This document shows, in pieces, positions 1 through 8,499 of a DNA stretch of 61,282 nucleotides; the stretch's first letter is position 1, and each line of letters opens with the position of its first letter. The DNA lies in the NCBI GenBank assembly GCA_944390375.1, contig CALXPZ010000101.1:1-61282 (forward strand), given 5' to 3'. The stretch comes from an uncultured Alphaproteobacteria bacterium (lineage in GTDB: Bacteria > Pseudomonadota > Alphaproteobacteria > RF32 > CAG-239). The translations under genes and the position numbers were made by a program. The notes beneath the pieces are model-generated. The model made no database searches. It was given only the letters and a program-made list of their open reading frames with translations, and was not told the origin of the DNA.

Positions 1-1
1 G

Positions 2-877
2 GGACCGGAGGCCGTGATCGTGTCCACCTCGCAGGCGGCGGACGGCCGTAGCGAGCTGGTGGCCGCGGTCGAAAATGACGAAATCGGGTTTTCCGGCGAC
101 GCTCCGCAGGTCTATCCCGCCGCTTACAGCGATACCGCTATCCGCGAACGGCTCGATTATCACGAAACGGGGACGACCGCCTGCGCAAAGCTGCTGGCAC
201 TCTGCCGGCAAAAAGCGGTGCAAAGCGGCAAAAAAGACGATGCCGGCATTTTAACCGCCGTCTTTGACGATTTGTTTTCGTCTTACGACATATTGGGCGG
301 CAGCCAGGTCAAACTGTTTGCCGGGCTTCAGGGCAGCGGCAAAACGACGGCTCTGGTCAAAACGGCGGCTTTGGCCCGTTTTCGCAAAATTCCGTCGGCT
401 CTGATCAGCGCCGACGGCGTGCGGGCCGGTGCCAACGCGCAGTTGCAGTCTTTTGCTTCTGTTCTGGAGGCGGATTTTCAGGCGGTTCGGGAGCCGGAAG
501 AATTGTCGGCGGCGGTCTTCCGTGCCCGTGAAAAATATCCTCTGGTATTGGTGGATACACCCGGGGTTAATCCTTTTTCCGAAACCGAGATCAAACGCTT
601 GTCCGGGCTGATAAAGGCCGCCGGCGGAGAGGCAATTTTAACCATGGACGCCGGATTTAATGCCTATGATGCAGGCGAAACGGCGGCTTTGTTCGCGTCC
701 GCGGGTGTTTCCTGCCTGCTGCCGACCAAGCTGGATCTCTGCCGTCGGATCGGCGGTGTTTTGACGGCCGCCGTCGAGGGCGGGTTCAAACTCGGCTGGG
801 CGTCCGTTTCGGCTCATGTTTCCAAGGGGCTGATGCCGCTGGATAATCCTTCGCTGGCGCAGTTGCTGTTGGCATAA
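2..877 (+). CDS. flhF: Flagellar biosynthesis SRP-type GTPase FlhF, probably 5'-truncated by the window edge
   Basis: The frame is open to position 2. P-loop GLQGSGKTT and LVDTPG motifs are present, and flhG follows directly. Confidence 0.8.
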   Translation, partial: GPEAVIVSTSQAADGRSELVAAVENDEIGFSGDAPQVYPAAYSDTAIRERLDYHETGTTACAKLLALCRQKAVQSGKKDDAGILTAVFDDLFSSYDILGGSQVKLFAGLQGSGKTTALVKTAALARFRKIPSALISADGVRAGANAQLQSFASVLEADFQAVREPEELSAAVFRAREKYPLVLVDTPGVNPFSETEIKRLSGLIKAAGGEAILTMDAGFNAYDAGETAALFASAGVSCLLPTKLDLCRRIGGVLTAAVEGGFKLGWASVSAHVSKGLMPLDNPSLAQLLLA

Positions 878-881
878 GAGG

Positions 882-1694
882 ATGACGGAAATGTTTGCGG
901 AAAATCTGACAGCCGTTCCCCGCGGTTTACGCCTCCGGCAGGAAAACAGAATGATTGCGGTTGCCTCGGGCAAAGGCGGCGTCGGCAAAACCTGGTTTTC
1001 AATTACTCTGGCTCACGCCTTAAGCGGGCTGAAACAGAAAACTCTGCTTTTTGACGGCGATCTCGGCATGGCCAACATAGATGTTCAGTTGGGGCTGATG
1101 GTGCCGCATGATCTCGGCAGCGTGGTTACCGGCAGCGCGACCCTAAATCAGGTGGTTCATTATTGCGACAAATGCCGTTTTGACGTTATTGCCGGTCGTT
1201 CCGGTTCTGCCGGGCTGGCGTCCATGCCGATCGGCCGGCTGCAGATTCTGGCCGAAGACCTGATGCTTTTGTCAGGGGCTTACGACAAAGTGATTCTTGA
1301 TATGGGAGCGGGGGTAGAAAACCCGATTCGTATCTTGTCCGGGATGTCGGGACGGGTGATCGTCGTATGCACCGATGAGCCGACGGCCTTGACCGACGCC
1401 TATGCTTTTGTTAAGTTGATGGCCATGCAATATCCCAAATGCCGGGTCGAAATTGTCGTCAACCAGGCCGATTCTCTGCGAGAGGGGCGTCAGACATACG
1501 ACATTTTGTACAAAGCCTGCCAGACCTTTTTAAAAATTTCTCCGCCGCTTTTGGGAATTGTCCGCCGGGATGCGCGGGTTCGCGACGCGATTCGCAGCCA
1601 GATGCCACTGATCAGTCGTTATCCGACTTCCGAAGCGGCTGCCGATGTCATCGAAATTGCGAGAAAAATTTTACGGGATGAAAAAAATGTATGA
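882..1694 (+). CDS. flhG: MinD/ParA-family flagellar number regulator FlhG (FleN/YlxH)
   Basis: Deviant Walker A VASGKGGVGKT and a MinD-like body. It starts 4 nt after the flhF stop. Confidence 0.8.
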   Translation: MTEMFAENLTAVPRGLRLRQENRMIAVASGKGGVGKTWFSITLAHALSGLKQKTLLFDGDLGMANIDVQLGLMVPHDLGSVVTGSATLNQVVHYCDKCRFDVIAGRSGSAGLASMPIGRLQILAEDLMLLSGAYDKVILDMGAGVENPIRILSGMSGRVIVVCTDEPTALTDAYAFVKLMAMQYPKCRVEIVVNQADSLREGRQTYDILYKACQTFLKISPPLLGIVRRDARVRDAIRSQMPLISRYPTSEAAADVIEIARKILRDEKNV

Positions 1695-2835
1695 TCATGA
1701 TCCTTTGGAATACTACCGGATTTTGGAAGTTGCGCCCGATGCCGATGCGCGGACGATCAAACTCAACTACCGCGACCGCGCCAAAGAATGGCATCCCGAT
1801 TATAACAAATCGGAAGATGCAATGGAGCATTTCCAAAAAATATCGGTTGCCTACGATATTTTGCAGGACGAAGACAAACGCCTGACGTATGATCTTTTGG
1901 CCTGCGCTTATGGCAAAGACGATTTTCCGCAGATGGACGCGCTGAGTGTGTATAAAGACCGGCTGGAAACGGAAAATCCGAACGTCCGGGTTTTTAATCT
2001 GCGTTATGTGGTCGGCAAAATCATCAAATATTCGGACCGGGAAGAACGTCTGGTCTGTACCGAAAAACAGGCTTTTCACGAAATATTGAAATGTTCGCTG
2101 GCCAACTGGCTGGTCGGATGGTGGGGAATCCGGGCTTTTGTTGCCAACTGCCGCGCCCTTGCCGGAAACTTTCGCAAAACCGGCGGCAACCGGCAGGAAA
2201 ATCTGACCCTGCTGGTGCATAATGCGCTTGCCTATCATCAGGAAAACAAAGACCGCGAGGCTGTTTTTTCAGCCGTTCAGGCGCTGGAATTTGCGCTGCC
2301 GGAACAACGCCCGCTGATTGAACGTTTCATCAAACGGCTGGGCGGAAAAATCGAGCCGGTTCCGCTCTGGCACTGGCGGCGGCTGAAACTGGCCAACCTG
2401 TTGGTTCCGTTTGTTGTGCTGATGATTGTTTTGTCGCCCGTTGCCAATTCGTATTTCGGTGGTCTGCGGAAATATATGAACAGCCAAAATGAAATCACCT
2501 ATTTTCAAAAAGTGAAGTTTAATAACGGCGGAGAAACTTTTGACGACATCGTTGTTTCCAAAATTTTTGACATTCCGGTTGATGTCTACGACGAAAATAT
2601 GCTCTATCATGTGGAAACCGACGGCAGTGTCATGTATGGGCCGGGCAAACAGTTTGACGTTATGAAAACGGTAGAGCCGGGGCATACCGTCCGTCTGACC
2701 GGATTTACGCCGGATAAAAAATGGTACAGGGTTATGCTTGACAGCGGAGAAATGGGCTTTCTCCCGGCTTCCGCGTTAAAACAGGGACGGGGAAATCCGG
2801 TGCCCGAAAACAGCAAAATCGTGCCGGAAAAATAA
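1678..2835 (+). CDS. J-domain (DnaJ-like) membrane protein with C-terminal SH3-like domain
   Basis: J domain YYRILEV...AKEWHPDYN...AYDILQDEDKRLTYD, one TM segment (LLVPFVVLMIVLSPVA), and a C-terminal WYRVMLDSGEMGFLPASAL segment. The start is ambiguous (1645, 1678 or 1687) and overlaps the flhG end. Confidence 0.75.
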   Translation: MKKMYDHDPLEYYRILEVAPDADARTIKLNYRDRAKEWHPDYNKSEDAMEHFQKISVAYDILQDEDKRLTYDLLACAYGKDDFPQMDALSVYKDRLETENPNVRVFNLRYVVGKIIKYSDREERLVCTEKQAFHEILKCSLANWLVGWWGIRAFVANCRALAGNFRKTGGNRQENLTLLVHNALAYHQENKDREAVFSAVQALEFALPEQRPLIERFIKRLGGKIEPVPLWHWRRLKLANLLVPFVVLMIVLSPVANSYFGGLRKYMNSQNEITYFQKVKFNNGGETFDDIVVSKIFDIPVDVYDENMLYHVETDGSVMYGPGKQFDVMKTVEPGHTVRLTGFTPDKKWYRVMLDSGEMGFLPASALKQGRGNPVPENSKIVPEK

Positions 2836-2888
2836 AAGAGTTTTCTCTCATCTTAAAAACAAGTCGTCAAAGGCCGTGCGGATGAAAA

Positions 2889-3338
2889 TCAGCGGCCTTT
2901 GTCCACGGCAACCGGTTCAAATTCCCAGGGAAAAACCAGCCAGCGGCCGGGTGCTTTTTCCGCGGCCGGAAAGTCAAGTGGCGCCTCCGGGTTTTTGCTG
3001 AATAAAACGGCAATTTTGGTTTGCGGGTATTTTTCTTTTAAATAGCGGTATGTGCTGCCGGAGTCGTACAGGTCGTCGACAAACAGCGTTTTCTCATCCA
3101 TCCGGATATCCGGCGGCACCAGACACTTGATGTCGGAACGTGCCTCGCCATTGTAGCTTGCAAGCGAGATGCTGCTGATTTTCCGGATGCCGAGAAATTG
3201 AGCCAGAATACATGCCGGCACCAACCCGCCGCGGGCAACCGCGATAATCCGTTCAAAACCTTTCCCGGCCAGCAGATAGGCCAGCCGTTTGCATTCGGCG
3301 TTGATTTCCTCGTAGCTGATATATTCTTTTTCCGCCAT
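2889..3338 (-). CDS. gpt: Xanthine-guanine phosphoribosyltransferase
   Basis: 149 aa, colinear with E. coli Gpt. Motifs IIAVARGGLVP and the PRPP loop VDDLYDSGST are present. Confidence 0.8.
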   Translation of the reverse strand: MAEKEYISYEEINAECKRLAYLLAGKGFERIIAVARGGLVPACILAQFLGIRKISSISLASYNGEARSDIKCLVPPDIRMDEKTLFVDDLYDSGSTYRYLKEKYPQTKIAVLFSKNPEAPLDFPAAEKAPGRWLVFPWEFEPVAVDKGR

Positions 3339-4132
3339 CAGTCGGCTCCCTTCATACTGAATTGCTCGATTGTTTTGGCCAGGCCGCTCCGGTCGTCGGT
3401 TTCTACCACGATTCCCCAGACAGTTCCGCCGCTGCGGCAGACTTCAAGCCGATTCCCATTATAACGCTGGCAGAGACGGTCAATCGGCGCCTGTTTGTCA
3501 AAACCGAGCACGGAATCATAATTGCCGCACATCCCGACGTCGGTAATATAGGCGGTGCCGCCGTTTAAGATATGGGCGTCGGCGGTCGGAATATGAGTGT
3601 GGGTGCCGGCAACAATGGAAACCCTGCCGTCGAGATAATGCCCGAGGGAAAGTTTTTCCGAAGTCGATTCGGCGTGTACATCAACAAAAACAGCGTCAAT
3701 ATTGCGTCCCAGGGTATAATTTTTTAAAAGCCGGTCGAGAACAAAGGCCGGATTGTCGACACTGTCCATAAACACCCGTCCCAAAACCTGGGTGATAAGG
3801 ATTTTTTTGCCGTTTGCCAGTTCAAATTCCACGGCTCCTCGGCCGGGTGCCGTTTCCGGATAGTTCAACGGTCGGATGATGCGTTTGCTTTCATCTAAGA
3901 AGGGGACAATTTCCCGCTGCTGCCAGACGTGGTTGCCGGTTGTCAATAGGTCGGCGCCGCGTTCAAGAAATTCGCGGGCGATTCCCGGTGTTACGCCGAA
4001 ACCGTGGGCGGCATTTTCAGCATTGACGATAATCACGTCGGCATTGTATTTTTCGCGCATCAGCGGCAGGTTGTTCAAGACGGCATCTCTGCCCGCGCGG
4101 CCGACGACATCTCCCAGATAAATGATTTTCAA
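3338..4132 (-). CDS. YmdB-like metallophosphoesterase (TIGR00282 family)
   Basis: KIIYLGDVVGRAGR, NAENAAHGFG, GNHVW and THTHIPTAD motifs. I place the start at TTG 4132, which is preceded by GGAG; the track ORF extends to 4243 through non-homologous sequence. Its stop overlaps the gpt start (TGATG). Confidence 0.85.
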   Translation of the reverse strand: MKIIYLGDVVGRAGRDAVLNNLPLMREKYNADVIIVNAENAAHGFGVTPGIAREFLERGADLLTTGNHVWQQREIVPFLDESKRIIRPLNYPETAPGRGAVEFELANGKKILITQVLGRVFMDSVDNPAFVLDRLLKNYTLGRNIDAVFVDVHAESTSEKLSLGHYLDGRVSIVAGTHTHIPTADAHILNGGTAYITDVGMCGNYDSVLGFDKQAPIDRLCQRYNGNRLEVCRSGGTVWGIVVETDDRSGLAKTIEQFSMKGAD

Positions 4133-4151
4133 TAATATTCTCCGTCGTTTG

Positions 4152-4180
4152 ATTAAAAAAAACTCCGTTTCCGGAGTTGA
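4152..4180 (-). terminator. Intrinsic terminator after the 6S RNA candidate
   Basis: On the minus strand: AACTCCGGAAACGGAGTT hairpin followed by a T8 run. Confidence 0.65.
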
Positions 4181-4189
4181 TAAGGTATA

Positions 4190-4358
4190 AAAGTAAAGAG
4201 AGAACCGTCGGGCCGTATAGTTACATTCTGTCTCGAACCGCATCTCACTAGGTGGGCGTCATATAACAGGACCACGATCCTGTCAGGGACAACTCCCGGA
4301 AAAATTACGTTGGCTCGGAAGATCTGCGGAATTACGCACCAAACAGTTATCTCTCCAT
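4190..4358 (-). ncRNA. ssrS: 6S RNA (SsrS) candidate
   Basis: About 165 nt of non-coding sequence immediately downstream of zapA, the conserved position of ssrS. The 5' GGAGAGATAACTGT can pair with the 3' ACGGTTCTCTCTT as a closing stem. There is an internal hairpin ACAGGA-tcgtgg-TCCTGT. A TATAGT -10 box overlaps the zapA stop, and a terminator follows. Confidence 0.55.
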
Positions 4359-4367
4359 ATGCCAATA

Positions 4368-4709
4368 CTATAATGATTCTATTTGTTTTGCAACAGCTTT
4401 TATTTTTTCGCCCACAAGCCTGAGCCGACCGGCCAGAGCCAGATCCAACGCGCCGGTGTCCGGCTCTTCCGTCGGCCTTGCGGCGGGTGCTGCGGCGGCA
4501 TTGTTTTTGCGGGCTTCAAGCAGGTCGTCGGCAACCAGAATGCCGATCATGGCCAGGAGCATGTTTTCGTTGATTTGTCCGCTGATGTCTTTTAAAAGGC
4601 GCGCTTTTTCTTCCAGAACACCGGCCAGTTGGATAATGCGCGCTTCCTGCCCGTTTTCGCAGGCAATGGCATATTCGCGGGAATTAATTGTTACCGTTAC
4701 CTGAGCCAT
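4368..4709 (-). CDS. zapA: Cell division protein ZapA
   Basis: 113 aa. The N-terminus VTVTINSREYAIACENGQE and the LLAMIGILVADDL segment are typical of ZapA. Confidence 0.85.
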   Translation of the reverse strand: MAQVTVTINSREYAIACENGQEARIIQLAGVLEEKARLLKDISGQINENMLLAMIGILVADDLLEARKNNAAAAPAARPTEEPDTGALDLALAGRLRLVGEKIKAVAKQIESL

Positions 4710-4896
4710 CTTCCAGCACCGTATTCAGTTTGTTGATCAGTTCGTCAATCCGGGCAACCGAGCGTCGCGCGGTTTCTTTCAGTTCTCCGGTGCTTTCCCG
4801 TTTGCGGCTCAGCGCCAGTTGGAGCTCTTCAATAGCGGCGTCGATCTCGTTTAAGGCTTCTGCCGTTTGTTTGAAATCGGAAATTTCTTTTGCCAT
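4684..4896 (-). CDS. Small coiled-coil protein (DUF4164/ZapB-like), upstream partner of zapA
   Basis: 70-aa heptad-rich ORF that overlaps the zapA start by 26 nt. This is the conserved alphaproteobacterial position. Confidence 0.6.
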   Translation of the reverse strand: MAKEISDFKQTAEALNEIDAAIEELQLALSRKRESTGELKETARRSVARIDELINKLNTVLEDGSGNGNN

Positions 4897-4988
4897 CGTA
4901 AAATTTTTCTTTCTTTATTTTGCCCGTTAGCTTATAATCTCCCGATAATACCGGGTATTAACTCTATTTTCAAGCAGCAAAAACGGAT

Positions 4989-5522
4989 ATGCCGAAATTT
5001 ATTCTCAAAATTTCGTCTGCGGACGAAGAAAATGACATCAATACGGAAAATGTCGAATGTTTTATCTATGACGCCGGTCTGCCCGCAGACTACCTGTCGC
5101 GGCAGATAGACCGGGCGCGGGAAAAGGATAAAATCATTCTTTTTGAAGGGGACAATGCGGCGGCTCTTGCGGTCAAACTCGGTGCCGACGGCATCGTTGC
5201 CGATTTGAGCCAAAGCCAAAACATCAAAAAAGAAATGGCTGCCCTGCGGGCAAAAATCGGTTCCCGCTTTCTCGGCGTCATCTGTCGAAACCGCCGCCAC
5301 GAGGCAATGATCGTCAGTGAAAATGAGCCGGATTTTGTAATTTTCCGCATATGGGGCGAAGGAGCCGAAAAAACAAAAGAACTGGCGGCCTGGTACGAGG
5401 AGTTCTTTCTCTTGCAGATGGCTGTCGAGCCGATGGACGACGAGACGGATTTTTCCTCTTTTCCGGCGGACATGGTCATATTAAGTCCCGCAAGGTATAA
5501 GATTTTAGTTGCGCAAAAATAA
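4989..5522 (+). CDS. ThiE/TenI-superfamily (thiamine-phosphate synthase-like) protein
   Basis: Weak family pattern ALAVKLGADGI...LGV.C....EA......PDFVIF. The assignment is tentative. Confidence 0.45.
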   Translation: MPKFILKISSADEENDINTENVECFIYDAGLPADYLSRQIDRAREKDKIILFEGDNAAALAVKLGADGIVADLSQSQNIKKEMAALRAKIGSRFLGVICRNRRHEAMIVSENEPDFVIFRIWGEGAEKTKELAAWYEEFFLLQMAVEPMDDETDFSSFPADMVILSPARYKILVAQK

Positions 5523-5591
5523 AGATTAGGGTAATTATCTTGTAAAATTCAAAAAATTAAAAATCAAAAACTTAAAGGAGTGAATAAGAAA

Positions 5592-6155
5592 ATGAAGCAG
5601 CAAGCAGTATCCATCAGAGTCGGCTGGGTAATCGAATACAAAGGCAAACCGTGGACCGTTACCAAAGCGGTACATATCAAACCGGGCAAAGGCGGCGCCT
5701 TTATGCAGGTCGAGATGAAATCGGTTGAGGAAGGTACCAAAACCAACGAGCGTTTTCGTTCGGAAGACACGGTCGAAAAACTGATGGTTGAAGAAAAAGA
5801 CTGCCAGTTCCTTTATGAAGATTCCCTCGGGCTGACCTTTATGGATTCGGAAACTTTTGAGCAGTTTGTTATGCCTGCTGACATTTTGGGCGATTCCCGT
5901 CCGTTTATGACCGAAGGTATGACGGTTTACATCAATTTCATCGACGGCCGTCCGGTTGCGGTCGAACTGCCGCAGCAGGTCATCTGCACCATTGCCGAAA
6001 CTGAACCGGTTGTCAAAGGCCAGACCGCGGCTTCTTCTTACAAGCCGGCCATTTTGGACAACGGCGTCCGCATTATGGTACCGCCGTTTATCAATCAGGG
6101 TGAAAAGGTTGTTGTCGGTACCGCCGAGGCAACTTATGTCGAAAGAGCCAAATAA
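5592..6155 (+). CDS. efp: Translation elongation factor P
   Basis: 187 aa, starting MKQQAVSIRVGWVIEYKGKPWTV. AAGGAG lies 8 nt upstream of ATG 5592. Confidence 0.95.
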   Translation: MKQQAVSIRVGWVIEYKGKPWTVTKAVHIKPGKGGAFMQVEMKSVEEGTKTNERFRSEDTVEKLMVEEKDCQFLYEDSLGLTFMDSETFEQFVMPADILGDSRPFMTEGMTVYINFIDGRPVAVELPQQVICTIAETEPVVKGQTAASSYKPAILDNGVRIMVPPFINQGEKVVVGTAEATYVERAK

Positions 6156-6955
6156 TGTCATATCTTTCTCCGACACTTACGCTTTTGGTCGGTGCCGTCA
6201 AAAAAGCCACGGCATCGCTTGATCGCGATTTTAACGAAATTGAAAAGCTGCAGTCTTCGGTACGCGGGTATCAGGGCTTTGTTTCCCGTTCTTTCGACCG
6301 GATTGCGCAGTCTTTGCGAAACGAACTTGCCCGCCTGCGCCCGGACGCCGTTTTTGTCGACGACCGGCTGCCCCCGGCCAAAGGGTGTTGTTTTCTGGTT
6401 AATCCGGTAGACGGGCTCGGCAACTTTGTCCGCGGCATTCCTTTCTTTGCCACCACGGTTGCCTATTGCGAAAACGGCGAAGTCAAGGCCGCGGTTGTCT
6501 ATAACCGGGCAAGCGATGAGCTTTATTTTGCCGAAAAAGGCAACGGAGCTTATAAAGAAGGTTTCCGCAGCCACGAGCGCCTGCGTATTTCTTCCGTAAA
6601 AGACGATTCTGCCGCCGTCATTGCCGCCTCAATCGGTTTTCAGCACGGCAGCGCGGAATATACGGCTGCCTGCCGGGATATTTTTGCCGAAACGGAAAAT
6701 GTCCGTCTGCTCGGTTCTGTGTCGCTTTCGATGGCGCTTGTCGCCGCCGGCAAGGCAGATGTCTGCTTAAGCCTCGGCAATAAGCTCAATTCGGTTATGG
6801 CCGGGCTGCTGCTGGTGCGTGAAGCCGGCGGTTACATCTATAACCTGAAAAGGGAAGAGTTTGCCCCCGAAAAAATCGAGCAGGTCATGGCTTCCGATGA
6901 ACTGGCCGCGGCCAATACGTCGCTGGAATCCCTGATTGTCCGTCTGGCGGGATAA
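6155..6955 (+). CDS. suhB: Inositol monophosphatase family protein (SuhB-like)
   Basis: Motifs VNPVDGLGNF, FFATTVAY and LGSVSLSMALVAAGKAD. The ATG overlaps the efp stop. Confidence 0.85.
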   Translation: MSYLSPTLTLLVGAVKKATASLDRDFNEIEKLQSSVRGYQGFVSRSFDRIAQSLRNELARLRPDAVFVDDRLPPAKGCCFLVNPVDGLGNFVRGIPFFATTVAYCENGEVKAAVVYNRASDELYFAEKGNGAYKEGFRSHERLRISSVKDDSAAVIAASIGFQHGSAEYTAACRDIFAETENVRLLGSVSLSMALVAAGKADVCLSLGNKLNSVMAGLLLVREAGGYIYNLKREEFAPEKIEQVMASDELAAANTSLESLIVRLAG

Positions 6956-7123
6956 GCAAACGGAACTCAAGGGCTCTTTCCGGTTTTGCTGTCGAAAAAT
7001 GCCAAAATCCGTATAGTGGCAAAGCCGGGACAAAAGTTTAAAAATTTTTTAAATAATGCTTGCTTTATTCAAAAGTCTAATGTATAAAAGCGGCAACTGA
7101 AAATTCGATATGGAGAAAATAAG

Positions 7124-7360
7124 ATGAAAAAAGGTATTCATCCGGATTATCACGAAATTACCTATGTGATGAGCGACGGCAGCGTAGCGACCACCCGCTC
7201 CACTTGGGGTAAGGCCGGAGACAAGATGACTTTGGAAATTGATCCGAAATCCCATCCGGCATGGACCGGCGTTTATCGTCTGGTTGATACCGGTGGTCAG
7301 TTGTCCAAATTCAAAAACAAATTTGGCGCTTTCGGTCTTAATCCGTCTGACAACAAATAG
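7124..7360 (+). CDS. rpmE: 50S ribosomal protein L31
   Basis: [12 protein letters not shown]...HPAWTG. Confidence 0.95.
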   Translation: MKKGIHPDYHEITYVMSDGSVATTRSTWGKAGDKMTLEIDPKSHPAWTGVYRLVDTGGQLSKFKNKFGAFGLNPSDNK

Positions 7361-7396
7361 TATTTTCTTAATACTATCTTAAATTTTTTCAATTAA

Positions 7397-7425
7397 CCTG
7401 CATTCTATAAGAATGTGGGTTTTTT
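7397..7425 (+). terminator. Intrinsic terminator after rpmE
   Basis: CCTGCATTC-tataa-GAATGTGGG hairpin (with G-U pairs) plus T6. Confidence 0.5.
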
Positions 7426-7473
7426 GCTCACAAAATTTTGTGTGCTGAAAACAAAAAAAGAAAGGACAAACAA

Positions 7474-8346
7474 ATGACAGCCCCGTTAATGCCTAAAGCA
7501 ACAGCCGTCTGGCTGGTCGAAAATACGACTTTGACTTTTAAACAAATCGGCGATTTCTGCGAACTGCACGAACTGGAAGTACAGGCGATAGCCGACGGTG
7601 ATGTCGCTTTTAACATTGTCGGTCTCAATCCGGTTACCGGCGGTCAGTTGACGGCGGAAGAAATTGCCCGTTGTGAGCAGGATCCTGCGGCGGCACTGGT
7701 CGGTGTGGAGCCGGAGCGCAACGTAAAAGCCCAGAACAGCAAAAACAAAAAAGTGTTGTCGCCGTCCCAGCGCAGCGACAAACCTGCGGCTGTTTTGTGG
7801 ATTCTGCGAAATTGTCCGGAAATTATGGATTCTCAGATTTGTAAGCTGATCGGCACCACCAAGCCGACGATTGCGGCATTGCGCGACGGCACCCACCGGG
7901 ATATGGCCAATATCCGTCCGAAGAATCCGGTTGCAATCGGTTTGTGCAAAGAAAAAGACCTTGATGACGCCATTGCCGTTTCCAAAAAGTGGAACGAGCA
8001 GAAAAACAGTCCCAAAAAGAAAACGGTCAAAAAGAAAACCGCTAAGGCCAAAATGAAGGAAAAAGCGGCCAAAGCCGCCGCCAAAAAGAAAGAGGCAGAA
8101 AAGATAAAAGCTGCGGCAGCCAAGAAAAAAGAAGCCGCCAAGAAAAAAGCGGAAGCAGCGAAAATAAAGGCTGCCGAAAAGAAAAAAGTCGCCGCCGCCA
8201 AGAAAAAAGAAGCGGCTAAAAAGAAAGCGGAAGCCGCCAAGGTAAAAGCGGCCGCCAAAAAAGCAGCGGCCAAAGAAAAAGCCGCAGCCAAAAAGAAGGC
8301 CAAAAAAGCTCCTAAAAAAGCGGCCAAAAAGACAGCCAAAGCTTAA
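7474..8346 (+). CDS. DUF1013/TrcR-family cell-cycle regulator with Lys/Ala-rich histone H1-like C-terminal tail
   Basis: The N-terminus PLMPKATAVWLVENTTLTFKQIGDFCELHELEVQAIADG matches DUF1013. The start is placed at ATG 7474 after AAAGGA. The C-terminal ~120 aa are almost entirely K/A/E. Confidence 0.8.
   Translation: MTAPLMPKATAVWLVENTTLTFKQIGDFCELHELEVQAIADGDVAFNIVGLNPVTGGQLTAEEIARCEQDPAAALVGVEPERNVKAQNSKNKKVLSPSQRSDKPAAVLWILRNCPEIMDSQICKLIGTTKPTIAALRDGTHRDMANIRPKNPVAIGLCKEKDLDDAIAVSKKWNEQKNSPKKKTVKKKTAKAKMKEKAAKAAAKKKEAEKIKAAAAKKKEAAKKKAEAAKIKAAEKKKVAAAKKKEAAKKKAEAAKVKAAAKKAAAKEKAAAKKKAKKAPKKAAKKTAKA
8119..8253 (+). repeat. Internal 78-nt (26-codon) direct duplication inside the Lys/Ala tail
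   Basis: GCCAAGAAAAAAGAAGC.GC.AA.AA.AAAGCGGAAGC.GC.AA..TAAA.GC occurs at 8119 and again at 8197. It encodes AKKKEAAKKKAEAAK(I/V)KAA twice. Confidence 0.7.
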
Positions 8347-8357
8347 AAAAACAAAAA

Positions 8358-8378
8358 CCTCCCTCCGGGAGGTTTTTT
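8358..8378 (+). terminator. Intrinsic terminator
   Basis: CCTCCC-tcc-GGGAGG hairpin plus T6. Confidence 0.7.
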
Positions 8379-8437
8379 GTTGCCCTTATCAAAGCTCACA
8401 AAACGGTGCGCCTTGCGTGAAACAGGGCAAATAAATC

Positions 8438-8466
8438 TTGAAATCGGCCGGGTTAGCTTATATACT
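8438..8466 (+). promoter_or_regulatory. Sigma70-like promoter upstream of gltX
   Basis: TTGAAA, 17 nt spacer, TATACT. Confidence 0.35.
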
Positions 8467-8499
8467 CGGCAACTGTACAAATATCGGGGAATTTTTCAG

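Noticed and set aside
4153-4365. 70-aa ORF between ymdB and zapA.
   Set aside because: It has no RBS. It spans the terminator hairpin and the region better explained as 6S RNA.
7833-8339. 168-aa minus-strand ORF made of AAFL/FFLAA repeats.
   Set aside because: It is the reverse-complement reading of the Lys/Ala-rich tail codons (GCC AAA / AAG AAA) of the DUF1013 gene. It is an artefact of low-complexity DNA.
8377-8499. N-terminal extensions of track ORFs. Cases are gltX from 8377, cysS from 9633, paralog 2 from 22114, 43076, mpg from 45916, GT2 from 52816, GT2-PRT-HAD from 54611, DUF4186 from 19098 and ymdB from 4243.
   Set aside because: The extensions overlap upstream genes or terminators and have no homology. 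Internal start codons with good RBS coincide with the conserved N-termini.
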